Origin: Patescibacteria group bacterium
GTDB lineage: Bacteria > Patescibacteriota > Minisyncoccia > UBA6257 > 2-01-FULL-56-20
Direction: 5' to 3'
Assembly (NCBI GenBank): GCA_024654525.1
Contig: JANLHI010000031.1
Location: forward strand, 18,774 to 82,773
Length of the DNA: 64,000 bases
Part shown: piece by piece, positions 1 to 10,330 of the stretch
How positions within the stretch are numbered: position 1 is the first letter of the stretch
How the letters are laid out: every line of letters begins with the position of its first letter
Program-made: the position numbers and the translations under genes
The notes under the pieces: generated by a model
What the model saw: only the letters and a program-made list of their open reading frames with translations
The model's database searches: none
Told to the model about the DNA's origin: nothing

Positions 1-227
1 AAACCGGTTGTCCATGGTGTATTGAGGCACTCGCATTTTTGAATGAGAAAAAAGTTTCCTATGAAGAGAGGGAGGTACGTGGGAATGAAGTGTACTTTAA
101 AGAGTTAACCGATAAGAGTGGACAAACAAAAACACCCACGCTTGACGTGGACGGCGAGATTCTTGCAGACACCGATGCGCCCGCGATAGAGGCGTTTTTG
201 AAGAAGAAGGGAATTCTCGCCGAATAA
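1..227 (+). CDS. glutaredoxin-like thioredoxin-fold protein, 5' partial (continues upstream of the window)
   Basis: The frame of ORF 39..227 is open back to nt 3 and encodes T-G-C-P-W-C (a CxxC redox motif) at nt 3-20, followed by a glutaredoxin-like C-terminus (KTPTLDVDGEIL). No in-frame stop lies upstream, so the gene starts before the window. Confidence 0.5.
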   Translation, partial: TGCPWCIEALAFLNEKKVSYEEREVRGNEVYFKELTDKSGQTKTPTLDVDGEILADTDAPAIEAFLKKKGILAE

Positions 228-230
228 TAT

Positions 231-650
231 ATGGCGATGTATCGCATGAGAAAAATTTGGTTTCCTCGTACGCCGATCGCGGTGGATTTTGACGGTGTGA
301 TTCATGCATACCGCAAGGGATTTTTAGACGGAAGCGTGTATGACACACCGACGCCGGGCGTAGGTTCGGCGATGGCGCGGCTTCGAAAAAAATATTATGT
401 AGTTGTTTATTCGGCGCGGACGCGAAGCCGCGTGGGGTGTATTGCGGTAACGGCGTATCTCAAAAAGCATCGTATTCCTTTTGATGAAGTGGTGGGATAC
501 AAGCCGCCCGCAAAATTTTATATTGACGACCGTGCAATACGGTTCAAAAATTGGCAACAAACGCTTCAGGAACTTGAACGGTTTGAGAAGGAGCTTGGCG
601 GTCGCCCGCAAAGTGCAGCCGCGAAAGAAAGCCCCATGCCGCGGCAGTAA
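231..650 (+). CDS. small HAD-superfamily phosphatase-like protein
   Basis: DFDGVIH (HAD motif I DxDG), VVYSAR (motif II Ser/Thr), K...YIDD (motifs III/IV); 139 aa. Confidence 0.5.
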   Translation: MAMYRMRKIWFPRTPIAVDFDGVIHAYRKGFLDGSVYDTPTPGVGSAMARLRKKYYVVVYSARTRSRVGCIAVTAYLKKHRIPFDEVVGYKPPAKFYIDDRAIRFKNWQQTLQELERFEKELGGRPQSAAAKESPMPRQ

Positions 651-830
651 AAAATGCGGAAATAATAATAAGCGGTTGGAGTCCGTGGGTATGGTGAGGC
701 AATAGTGTGTTCATGGGGATAATTGTGCATTTGGATATTATATTATCCAATGGTAATTCAAGTATCTACCACAAGAATCTTGTGAAGTATTTTAAAGAGC
801 GGAGGTACGGATGTTATGTGGATGGCACTC

Positions 831-858
831 TTGACAGAGTTTTCGCGTCGCGTACAAT
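831..858 (+). promoter_or_regulatory. near-consensus sigma70-type promoter (TTGACA, 16-nt spacer, TACAAT)
   Basis: TTGACA at 831-836 and TACAAT at 853-858, read directly from the sequence. It lies in the 650-bp non-coding spacer upstream of the 23S. Confidence 0.35.
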
Positions 859-935
859 ACTACCCACGGATGAGTACTCTGTTAAACCTTTCAGGGAGAA
901 GTGGCTAAGCCACTGGTTTTTGGTGTAATTGCCAA

Positions 936-966
936 ACCGCTCCCGAAGCGGTTTTTTCTTTCTGCG
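936..966 (+). terminator. rho-independent terminator-like hairpin plus T-run
   Basis: aaaccgc-tcccgaa-gcggttt stem-loop followed by ttttttctttc. Confidence 0.45.
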
Positions 967-1194
967 CCGAATGAGATGATGGCAGATTGAAAATACATTT
1001 ACTTTGTTTTGCAGAAGCTACGAAAGTAATTTTGTAGACAACGCGAGCAAGGCGAGTGCATATCGGGTTCTTGCCTCGCGGATCGCACGCGATGGGCGAG
1101 AACATATAAGCAAGTCCACCGTTGTTCCATGGAATGGAACATGGTGAGATTAAGTCAGCATTGGGATGGGTGGTAGGCCCAGTATGTTCGGGTA

Positions 1195-1300
1195 TCGGAT
1201 TGCGGATGTCAGATTAAGGATGATACATTTCAGATTTTGGATTATTTCCTTTGTCTGATTTTTTAAATTTAATAATTTGATATCTGAAATCCGATATCCG
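1195..1300 (+). repeat. 5' flanking processing-stem segment of 23S (tcagat/atctga palindromic motif family)
   Basis: ggatgtcagat...atctgaaatccgatatccgaatttggg is complementary to the 3' flank at 4722-4802 (caaatttcggatttcggac...), the expected RNase III-type stem enclosing the 23S. Confidence 0.5.
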
Positions 1301-1571
1301 AATTTGGGCATAAGGGCGAATGGTGGATGCCTAGACATCAAAAGGCGAAGAAGGACGCAGCGTAACGGCGATACGCCTCGGGAAGGTGTGTAGCAACCGA
1401 TGATCCGAGGATTTCCGAATGGGGAAACCTTACTGCGCAAACCGCAGTAGCCGTGCCGTTTATCGGTACGGAGCATACCCGCTGAAGTGAAACATCTCAG
1501 TAAGCGGAGGAATAAAGAACAATAGTTATTCCCCAAGTAGCGGCGAGCGAAAAGGGAAGAGCCTAAACTTA

Positions 1572-1648
1572 TCAGATGTCGGACTTTGGATGTCAGATTT
1601 CAGATTTTTTTATCTGACGTTTGGTTTCTGAAGTCCGATGTCTGATGA
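1572..1648 (+). repeat. IVS-like imperfect palindromic insertion in 23S (copy 1 of the tcagat/atctga family)
   Basis: gatgtcggactttggatgtcagatttcagatttttttatctgacgtttggtttctgaagtccgatgtctga; inserted after the gtagcggcgagcgaaaaggg block (about E. coli position 270). Confidence 0.55.
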
Positions 1649-1679
1649 GGGTCATAAGGACAGAACTCTTTTCTAGTTT

Positions 1680-1745
1680 ATAACCTATAACTGATACTTT
1701 ATGACTTCGGTCATTTATTATTGGTTATTCGTTATAGGCTAGTTA
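1680..1745 (+). repeat. AT-rich hairpin insertion in 23S (ATAACC/GGTTAT family, UUCG-loop core)
   Basis: tttataacctataactgatactttatgacttcggtcatttattattggttattcgttatagg; absent from canonical 23S at this position. Confidence 0.45.
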
Positions 1746-1927
1746 GTGGAAAAGTTACAAAATCATCAGTTAGTCGAATTGTGCTGGAAAGCCAAGCCAA
1801 AGACGGTGATAGCCCCGTAGACGAAAACAGATGATCTTTTTAGTTTTGTTTCTTGAGTACTTCGAGGTCAAACAGCTCCGAAGGAAGTTGCGAGTACTAT
1901 CTCGTAAGGCTAAATACTTTTGATGAT

Positions 1928-1964
<37 letters not shown>

Positions 1965-2044
1965 TAGGCCGGTAAGGCCGTTGAAATAGAACCTGAAACC
2001 ATTCGCTTACAAGGAGCAGAAGCACTAACGTGCGTAGCACACAA

Positions 2045-2110
2045 CTTGAAATTTATAACCTATAATTCAAATAACAATAATTTGTTATTGGTTATTTGGT
2101 TTGGGTTATT
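2045..2110 (+). repeat. AT-rich hairpin insertion in 23S (ATAACC/GGTTAT family)
   Basis: aatttataacctataattcaaataacaataatttgttattggttatttggtttgggttattggtt. Confidence 0.4.
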
Positions 2111-2772
2111 GGTTGCGTGCTACGCGCGCAGTGTAACTGTGTGCCTATTGAAGAATGAGCCAACGACTTATTATATATTGCTTGTCTAACCCCGCTCAGC
2201 GGGGGGAGGCACAGGGAAACCGAGTCTGAATAGGGCGTCGTTCCGCCGCAAGGTGAGACGGTGCAGTATATAATAGACCCGAAGCCGGAAGAGCTTGCCT
2301 TGGCCAGGATGAACTTCGGTGAAAACCGAAGGGAGGTCCGAACCGGTTGGTTGTGCAAAACCTTCGGATGAGCCGAGGTAAGGAGTGAAAAGCTAATCGA
2401 TTCCGGTAATAGCTGGTTCTCTCCGAAATATATTTTCGTATAGCGGTATACGTAGTCCTGGGGGTAGAGCACTGGATGATCTGTAAAGGTCGAAAGACCG
2501 ACAGATCAATCAAACTCCGAATACCAGAGGCGCAAGTATACTAGTTAGAATGTGGGGGCTAAGCTCCATGTTCGCGAGGGAAAAAGCCCAGACCGCAAGC
2601 TAAGGTCCCAAAATGTATGCTCAGTGTTAAAGGTAGTTTTCTGCCAGAGACAGATAGTAGGTTGGCTTAGAGGTAGCCATCCTTTAAAGAGTGTGTAACA
2701 ACTCACTATTCGATGGCAGGGGGCGCCGAAAATGTACCGGGGCTTAAGCATACTACCGAAGCTGCGGATTGT

Positions 2773-2846
2773 TCAGATGTCGGACTTCGGATGTCAGATT
2801 TCAGATTTTTTATCTGACGTCTGGTTTCTGAAATCCGATATCTGAG
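2773..2846 (+). repeat. IVS-like palindromic insertion in 23S (copy 2)
   Basis: cagatgtcggacttcggatgtcagatttcagattttttatctgacgtctggtttctgaaatccgatatctga, near-identical to copy 1. Confidence 0.55.
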
Positions 2847-3471
2847 CAGTGGTAGGAGAGCATTCTCTATGCACTGAAGGTTGACCCGTGAGGGCGACTG
2901 GAGCGTAGAGAAGAGAAAATGTTGGCATGAGTAGCCACAATCCCAATGAGAAATTGGAACCCCGAAAATCCAAGGTTTCCGTGGCACTGGCAATCAACCA
3001 CGGGTTAGGCGGCCCTAAGGCAATGGTGAAAACCGCAGCCGATGGACAGCTGGTTAATATTCCAGCCCAGCCGTATGTGTTAAGTTGGGGGACGGAGGAG
3101 ATAAGATGATGTGTCTTATTGGTTTGACATCCATATCCCGTACCTGTTGCGTCTCACTGTTGTGAGGACGTAGGAGTATGAAGAAAGGAGTGTGGAGTAT
3201 AGAGCAAGAATTTCTTGGCTCCTACTCCTTATTCCCATATCCTGCGCCGTCGCAAGAGCGAGGCGTAACAGCGCGGAGTTGGGAACGTCAGGAATTTACC
3301 TGGCGAACATTATCGAATTGCCTTCCAAGAAAAGCCCAATGTATTGCATATGGCTTCCGTACCGTAAACCGACACAGGTGGGTGAGGCGAGAAGCCTAAG
3401 GGGAACGAGTGACCTGCCGCTAAGGAACTCGGCAAAAAAGCGGCCGTAAGTTAGCAATATGGCCTGCCCTG

Positions 3472-3582
3472 TTCGGATGTCGGACTTTGGAGGTCAGATT
3501 TCGGATGACGGATTTCAGATTTTTTTTCTGACATCCGATTTCTGAGATCTGATATCTGAAATCCGATGTCTGAACTGGGCCG
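3472..3582 (+). repeat. IVS-like palindromic insertion in 23S (copy 3, longest)
   Basis: ttcggatgtcggactttggaggtcagatttcggatgacggatttcagattttttttctgacatccgatttctgagatctgatatctgaaatccgatgtctga, located in the domain III/IV variable region. Confidence 0.55.
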
Positions 3583-4408
3583 CAGCGAAAGTATCTCTGG
3601 CGACTGTTTACCAAAAACACAGCTCCCTGCGAACTCGCAAGAGGATGTATAGGGGGTGACACCTGACCGATGCGAGAAGGTCAAACTTGGGGGTAGTGCG
3701 CCGCAAGGCGTATGGCTCACCGAGCGAAGCCCTCGTCAATGTCAGCGATAACTATAATCGTTCTAAGGTAGCGCAATTCCTTTTCGGGTAAGTTCCGAAG
3801 CGCACGAAAGGTGTAACGACCGGAGAACTGTCTCAGCGGCACGCTCGGCGAAAATGCGATTCCCGTGAAGACGCGGGATACCTGCAGCAAGACGAAAAGA
3901 CCCCGGAAGCTTTACTGCAGCCTGGTATTGGCGTTAGGGTCTTAATGCGTAGCGTAGTGGGGAGGATTTGAAGCTTCGATTTCGGTCGGAGTGGATCCGT
4001 CAATGAAACACCCATCTTTAAGTCTTTAACGTCTAACCTCGACGGCAAAAACGTCGCGGAACAGTGCTTGGTAGGTAGTTTAAATGGGGCGTTTTCCTCC
4101 CAAAGAGTAACGGAGGAGTTTATTAAGGTCGGCTTAGCCCGGATGGAAATCGGGCAGGACGTGTAAACGCACAAGCCGGCTTGACTGCAAGACCTACAAG
4201 TCGCGCAGACGCGAAAGCGGAAGTTAGTGAACCGACCATTCTTTATAGAAAGGTGGGAGACAACGGATAAAAGCTACTCCGGGGATAACAGGCTGGTTTC
4301 GTCCGAGCGTTCATAGCGACGACGAAGCTCGGCACCTCGATGTCGGCTCGCCCTAGCGCGGGGGTGGAGAAGCTCCCAAGCGTTTGGCTGTTCGCCAATT
4401 AAAAGGGC

Positions 4409-4453
<45 letters not shown>

Positions 4454-4571
4454 TGCTGCAGGCGTTTACACTTGAGGGGAGTTGGCCCTAGTACGAGAGG
4501 ACCGGGCTGAACGTACCTCTGGTCTACCGGCTTTGTTACCAAATGAACCGCCGGGTAGCTATGTACGGAAG

Positions 4572-4605
<34 letters not shown>

Positions 4606-4721
4606 ACCCCAAGATTAGGTGTTGTCCGTAAGGACGAGGTCCGTGGAAGACTACCACGTTGATAGGCTCTAGGTGTAAGGCCCGTAAGGGCTTAAGCCGA
4701 GGAGTACTAATGACCTAGCTC

Positions 4722-4802
4722 AAATTTCGGATTTCGGACTTTAGGTTTCGGATGTTAGATTATTTTTAATATTCGGAACCTGAAGTTTTGATATTTGATA
4801 AT
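4722..4802 (+). repeat. 3' flanking processing-stem segment of 23S
   Basis: caaatttcggatttcggactttaggtttcggatgttagat... is complementary to the 5' flank. Confidence 0.5.
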
Positions 4803-4976
4803 GCTGGATCCAACCAGCCATCCCAATGCTGATTATGCGTTACCGGAGTTCCGTATTTCGGAATAAAGGTAAGACTTGCAATGCGAGAATTCAGAAACTA
4901 TACAAAGAATCTGAATTTCTAAAATGTGTACGATGACAAGTATTGTTTTCGGATGCTCATATAAAGAGTTTTTATT

Positions 4977-5094
4977 TGCTGGTGTTTTACTCGTGTGTGC
5001 CCTACCTCTTCCCATTCCGAACAGAGAAGTAAAAGCACGCGAGCTCGATGATACTCGTCCCCTCGGGGATTGGGAAAGTAGAGTACGCCGGCAT
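4977..5094 (+). rRNA. rrf: 5S ribosomal RNA
   Basis: ccctacctcttcccattccgaacagagaagtaaaagcacgcgagc...gggaaagtagagtacgccggcat aligns along its length with the bacterial 5S consensus (CCCAUGCCGAAC loop C; helix I gctggtg pairs with cgccggc). Confidence 0.8.
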
Positions 5095-5202
5095 ATAAAA
5101 GCTCTTTTTTTATTTGTGTATTTCTCGTACTACAAAAACGGTGCCAGTATCATGAGGAAAATTGAGTTATCAGTGCAGTTTCTTCTTGTGAAAAAGTAGT
5201 TT

Positions 5203-7260
5203 TTATTTTGGAATTGTTTTGCCGTAGTAGTCGTTTTCAAGAATTTTTGCAGAATAGGTGAATTCGTTGGCAACTACATCATTGATTGTTTTTTCGTACG
5301 CAGTATCTTCACGCCCATCATCGGATGCAATCGTTGAATTATATTTTTCTTTGTCTGTGATCCAACTTCGATTTAAGAAAATGACGAGTGGAGAGGCATC
5401 AGAGAATACGTCTCTTCCCATAAGGAGTCGGGAGTCATACTCCAGCCCGAATAAGTTTGATATTGTGGGGAGAATATCCAACGTTGAGACAGGCGTATCT
5501 ATCGTGACAATATCCATTCCTTTTTTCCAAAGAATAAAAACACTTTTATACAACTCAAAGTTTTCTTCTACAGTGTGTCCTGCAAGTTCGTCGATGGATT
5601 CCTTGGGGAGGCCGTAGGGGTAGTGGTCGTTTACGAGGGCAATCACGGTATTGTCTAGGACTCCTGCTTTTTCGAGTTTTTCGATGAGTGATTGTATCGC
5701 AAACTCAAGCTCAAGATTTGCGGCAATATACGCTCGCGAAGCTTCGGAGTAGGGAAGTTGTTCCACTGCGGATTTGTTTTTTGCCGAGATATAATTGCCG
5801 TAGAAGTTGTAATTCATATGTCCACTCATTGTCATATAGTAAGTGTGAAACGGTTGCGTACTGGTGACTATATAGTCATTCGCGGTAACTTCAATCATTT
5901 CCAGGTCGGATTCAGGCCATGTTTTTCTCACACGTAAGCCATTTCCGATTCCTTTGTAGTCATATCCAAGATTGGGCATTGAAACATTTCTGCCATAATA
6001 TGTGTAGGTATGATTGTGAAACGCTTTGGTAAGATAACCGAGTTTTTTAAATTGGTTTCCAAGTGCAAAGGGAAGATAATTTTTTGCCGATTGCAACATG
6101 CTCCAGACACCTGATTTTGGAAGAAGTCCCATATCGCTTACATATTCACCGTCGGATGTGCTTACTCCCCACACCGGGTTATAAAAATTGTTGAATACGA
6201 AACCCTCGTGCGACATTGCATAGAGCGTCGGGGTTAGTGTGGGGTCCATTGCATACGGAGAAAAAGATTCGGCGACTATAAAAATCAGATTATTTCCTTC
6301 AAACATGCCGGTACGGCTGTTTTTTTTCTCCGGCACAATAGAGGAAAAATATGTATGCATATCACGAATTGTTGGATTATTTTCTTGATCAATCAATTCT
6401 TTAAAATCAATATCCAGTATGTTGTGTGTTGAAGAAGAAATAGCTTCAGCTACGGGTGGAGTTGTGGGAATTTCGATATCTGATGTGATGCCTTTCTCTT
6501 TTTTTTCTTCAAATCCAAAGGCAAGTCGCATAAGATCGAGGCGCATGGTAGTGAGGACTCCCAGCTCTCGCACCGAAAGCTCCGGCGATGCGATGTTGTA
6601 ATACACCGCATATTGAGAGAAATTTTTTTCTTGCGTAGCGTGTATCCCTAGTATGGTGGCAATATAGCTTATCACACCAATGAGTAATACTCCGAAAAAT
6701 ATTTGCGGTTTCGGACGGGAAAGTCGTAGGTGTTTCCCGAAAAACAACAAAAACAAAATCGGAAGGAAAAAGAGAAAAATTGCGGCGCTATTTTTAAGAA
6801 TTGCCGATTTGATAACATCCAAAAATTGAAGCGCACCCTCGGCGCCAATAAGAGAGTAAAGAGGAAAGGGAGTGTGGAAGGTGTAATGGTAAATCAGCTG
6901 TCCGCCGTACATCAGTATTAAGAAGAGCGTGATGAGCACGGCTACGATCTTATTTATTCTTTTCGAGAAGAGAACAGACAGAAGGAAAAAAACTGTGGCT
7001 GCGGGTAGCGAGAATAATACTGCAAAAATATAGTCGGTGTTTATATTCCCGAACGTCCATAATCCGTACACAAGTTCAAAGTAGGATATGCTTACCGCAA
7101 AAAAAATAAAAAGCCCATAATGAGAAAAAAGAGTGGGCGGTTTTAGTGGCGGGTCGGGAATCGGTGAGGAGATACTCAATGGGTTATTTTCCGTCATGTG
7201 AGAAAGAGTATCAGGGTGAATTATTGCTTTCATTCTACTGCGTATTAAGTTTATATTCAA
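5203..7260 (-). CDS. LTA-synthase-family / sulfatase-like membrane protein (polytopic N-terminus plus extracellular sulfatase domain)
   Basis: About 5 N-terminal TM helices followed by a sulfatase-type domain (IVAESFSPYAMDP..., NHTYTYYGRN..., LVNDHYPYG) typical of LtaS-like phosphoglycerol transferases; 685 aa. Confidence 0.65.
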   Translation of the reverse strand: MNINLIRSRMKAIIHPDTLSHMTENNPLSISSPIPDPPLKPPTLFSHYGLFIFFAVSISYFELVYGLWTFGNINTDYIFAVLFSLPAATVFFLLSVLFSKRINKIVAVLITLFLILMYGGQLIYHYTFHTPFPLYSLIGAEGALQFLDVIKSAILKNSAAIFLFFLPILFLLFFGKHLRLSRPKPQIFFGVLLIGVISYIATILGIHATQEKNFSQYAVYYNIASPELSVRELGVLTTMRLDLMRLAFGFEEKKEKGITSDIEIPTTPPVAEAISSSTHNILDIDFKELIDQENNPTIRDMHTYFSSIVPEKKNSRTGMFEGNNLIFIVAESFSPYAMDPTLTPTLYAMSHEGFVFNNFYNPVWGVSTSDGEYVSDMGLLPKSGVWSMLQSAKNYLPFALGNQFKKLGYLTKAFHNHTYTYYGRNVSMPNLGYDYKGIGNGLRVRKTWPESDLEMIEVTANDYIVTSTQPFHTYYMTMSGHMNYNFYGNYISAKNKSAVEQLPYSEASRAYIAANLELEFAIQSLIEKLEKAGVLDNTVIALVNDHYPYGLPKESIDELAGHTVEENFELYKSVFILWKKGMDIVTIDTPVSTLDILPTISNLFGLEYDSRLLMGRDVFSDASPLVIFLNRSWITDKEKYNSTIASDDGREDTAYEKTINDVVANEFTYSAKILENDYYGKTIPK

Positions 7261-7423
7261 AAGCGCATTCTTGTTTTTTAGATATGAAGTGCAACACCGC
7301 CAAGGGCGCGAGACATGGCGGTGTTGATGGTGAGGGGGTTCTTCTTCTCATTGATATCTAGTGGGTAATGTCGCAAATTGACTCCCTTTTCATTTTTTCA
7401 CTTCTTTCTTTACAATTAGACTA

Positions 7424-8194
7424 ATGCCCCGTTTTTTAAAACAATTTCTCTATGGGATTTTCTACCTTGCTATTTTTATCGGAATTCCCGCCGGGATATA
7501 CCTTGCGTTTTTAAAACCTGCGCCGACATGTACGGATGGAATACGAAATGGCGATGAGCAGGGGATTGATTGCGGAGGGGTGTGTGTGAAGGCGTGTATC
7601 CCCGCCGATATTCTTCCGTTGGAAGCTCCTGCGGGTATGAGAATTATTCCTCTTGATAACACGCATACTAGTTTTTTTGCGGAAGTGATTAATCCGAATG
7701 TCGGTTATGCGGCGACTCGGTTTCGTTATGCGGTTACCGTCGAGCGCAAGACGGGATCGAATATGCTATTTTCCGGAACGTCATATATTTATGGTGGTCA
7801 AGTGAGAGCGTTGGTTTTCCCTAATTTGGAGTTGAGCGACAGTGACATTACAAATGTAAAAATTGAATTCAGTGATTCAGAGTGGATTCCTTCGTCGTCA
7901 TGGATGCGTCCGCAGTTTCGTGTATTGAACATTGCTACACAGCAAGATCCTCCGGAGGGTGGGGGTACTCTTGTTGCCGAAGGAGAATTGGTTAGTGACG
8001 AGGTTATTTCGTTCCCGTCGGTTGAAATTGTCGCGGTTTTCATCGGGAGATTTGGTGAAGTGGCGGGCGTGTCTCGTACCGAAGTCTCTTCTGTTTCTCC
8101 GGCGATTCCCGTACGATTCACCGTTACGCATCCCGATATTTCCGATGTGAATGCGAGTGCGACTCGAATCATGATATCCGCGTTGCGTCCGTAA
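7424..8194 (+). CDS. hypothetical membrane-anchored protein (one N-terminal TM, Cys-rich segment CTDGIRNGDEQGIDCGGVCVKAC)
   Basis: 256-aa ORF directly upstream of, and co-oriented with, ftsW/rodA and mltG. No recognisable family. Confidence 0.4.
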   Translation: MPRFLKQFLYGIFYLAIFIGIPAGIYLAFLKPAPTCTDGIRNGDEQGIDCGGVCVKACIPADILPLEAPAGMRIIPLDNTHTSFFAEVINPNVGYAATRFRYAVTVERKTGSNMLFSGTSYIYGGQVRALVFPNLELSDSDITNVKIEFSDSEWIPSSSWMRPQFRVLNIATQQDPPEGGGTLVAEGELVSDEVISFPSVEIVAVFIGRFGEVAGVSRTEVSSVSPAIPVRFTVTHPDISDVNASATRIMISALRP

Positions 8195-8195
8195 G

Positions 8196-9245
8196 ATGAA
8201 CATGGGTCTTTTTATTCCTCTTGGCATGCTTTTTCTCGGAGGCATGCTTACTATTTCCAGCGTTTCCATGCATCTTTTTTTTCTCCAGCTTTCCTGGTTC
8301 GCAATAGGCGCGGTGGTGTTCTTGGCATTTTTCTTTTTTGATTGGCGTGCCATATTCAATAATCGGTGGTTTATTCCTTCGTTGTATGTGTTCGGAGTAA
8401 TATTGCTTGCATTCGTGACTTTTTTTGGTCCGGTGGTGCGCAATACACGAAGCTGGATTGTCATTGGCCCGTTTAATTTTCAACCGGTGGAGCTTATGAA
8501 AATCGCATTCATATTGCTTTTCGCGAGTTATTTCAGTCGGCGGCATGTCGGTGTGGCGCGGTGGAGTACTATTTTTACTTCATCAATTCTTTTTGTCATT
8601 CCGACAGGACTTGTAGCACTGCAACCTGATCTTGGTTCGGCATTCATCCTTGTGACTATTTGGTTCGGATTTCTTCTCTTTGCCGGATTACCGATGAGGA
8701 GAATTATGCTTGCGATACTTGTTTTTGCCATAGTAGGAACATACGGGTGGTCTCATATTTTCAAAGACTATCAGCGTGAGCGGATTATCAACGTATTTTA
8801 TCCTGAGCGAAATGTGTTGGGGTTGAATTACAGCACGGCGCAGTCGAAGATTGCCATTGGATCGGCGGGATTTTGGGGAAAGGGGTATGGACAGGGAACT
8901 CAAACACAGCTTGGATTTTTAACCGAGCCGGCGAGTGATTTTGCACTTGCCGCACTTATTGAAGAATGGGGTCTTATGGGTGGGCTTGCGATAATAGGTG
9001 CGTTTGTCGCATTAGAATTTTGGATTATCAGAGTAGGGAGAATCGCGGAGCGTAATTTTGAAACATTCGTATGCGTGGGGATAGCAACGATGTTCGCAAT
9101 GCAATTTTTGGTAAATGTCGGTTCTACATTGGGATTTATGCCTGTGGTAGGACTTACATTTCCTTTTTTGAGTTATGGGGGATCAAGCTTGGTTGCGGAT
9201 TTTGCGCTTATTGGTATTGTAAACTCCATACGAATACGCGTGTAA
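8196..9245 (+). CDS. SEDS-family peptidoglycan glycosyltransferase FtsW/RodA
   Basis: 10-TM profile with the PDLGSA and SYGGSS motifs; 349 aa. Confidence 0.85.
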   Translation: MNMGLFIPLGMLFLGGMLTISSVSMHLFFLQLSWFAIGAVVFLAFFFFDWRAIFNNRWFIPSLYVFGVILLAFVTFFGPVVRNTRSWIVIGPFNFQPVELMKIAFILLFASYFSRRHVGVARWSTIFTSSILFVIPTGLVALQPDLGSAFILVTIWFGFLLFAGLPMRRIMLAILVFAIVGTYGWSHIFKDYQRERIINVFYPERNVLGLNYSTAQSKIAIGSAGFWGKGYGQGTQTQLGFLTEPASDFALAALIEEWGLMGGLAIIGAFVALEFWIIRVGRIAERNFETFVCVGIATMFAMQFLVNVGSTLGFMPVVGLTFPFLSYGGSSLVADFALIGIVNSIRIRV

Positions 9246-9246
9246 T

Positions 9247-10224
9247 ATGAATCGATTTTCTGTTGTTCCGCTCAGAATAAAAATAAGTGTTGCCACGGCG
9301 ATTGTTGCCGGGCTTTTTGTATTTGGACTTATGCCGCGTGCATGGGGAGGAGCCCCTGCACAATCATTCGAGATAATGAGAGGAGAAGGGTTTCGGGAAA
9401 TAGTGGATCGCCTTCGCGATGAACGGCTTATTCGATCCTCTTTCTCTCTTAAGTTGTACAGTGTTCTTTTTGGTACTGCGTATTCGTTGAAGCCGGGGAT
9501 GTATCTCATTACTCCCTCAATGAGCGGGCCGAGAATTCTTAATGTGCTTATTGCGGGTGCGAGAAAAGAAATTCAAGTGGTGGTTCCCGAAGGGAGTTCG
9601 ATATATGACACCGATTCCATTCTTTCTACCGCGGGAGTATTGCCATCCGGAGCGTTTTCGAGTTACACACTAGAGCATCGCCTGGAAGGATATTTGTTTC
9701 CTGACACCTATAAGTTTTTTACCGGAATGTTTGTAGAAGATGTAGTGGATAAATTTCTCGACAGTTTTAATCGTAAGGCACAGCCCTTGCTTAAGGGAGA
9801 TGAGTTGCATGCTATGGAGAATTTAATTCTTGCGTCTCTTGTCGAAAAGGAGATTCCTTCATATGAAGATAGGCAGATTGTTGCGGGAATCCTCAAAAAA
9901 AGAGTTTTGGTACGTATGCCTCTTCAAGTCGATGCGACTATTTGTTATATCAAAAAACAGCGTGCCGGGAAGCCGACCGATTGTTACCCGCTTTCTCCTC
10001 TTGACTTCACAATTGATTCCCCCTACAATACGTATCTGCGCATGGGGTTCCCTCCCCAGCCCATAGGAAGTCCTGGCGTTCATGCGATTATGGCGGTACT
10101 TGCTCCAAAAGTTTCTCCATATTGGTACTACTTGAGCGATCCTTTAACAGAGAAGACCGTTTTTAGTGAGACCCTTGACGAACATGAACAAAATAGGGTT
10201 AAATATTTAAAGGTCATGCATTAA
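9247..10224 (+). CDS. mltG: endolytic murein transglycosylase MltG (YceG family)
   Basis: N-terminal TM followed by a YceG domain with the EGYLFPDTY catalytic-region motif. Confidence 0.8.
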   Translation: MNRFSVVPLRIKISVATAIVAGLFVFGLMPRAWGGAPAQSFEIMRGEGFREIVDRLRDERLIRSSFSLKLYSVLFGTAYSLKPGMYLITPSMSGPRILNVLIAGARKEIQVVVPEGSSIYDTDSILSTAGVLPSGAFSSYTLEHRLEGYLFPDTYKFFTGMFVEDVVDKFLDSFNRKAQPLLKGDELHAMENLILASLVEKEIPSYEDRQIVAGILKKRVLVRMPLQVDATICYIKKQRAGKPTDCYPLSPLDFTIDSPYNTYLRMGFPPQPIGSPGVHAIMAVLAPKVSPYWYYLSDPLTEKTVFSETLDEHEQNRVKYLKVMH

Positions 10225-10330
10225 GAGATAAAGGGAAACCCATTCGGGATTTTTCCTTTTTTGCGTCTTGGGTTTGTAAATAAATTCTTGCCTGGCGAAT
10301 GGCAGGAAATATCAACTTTTTATTTATTTT

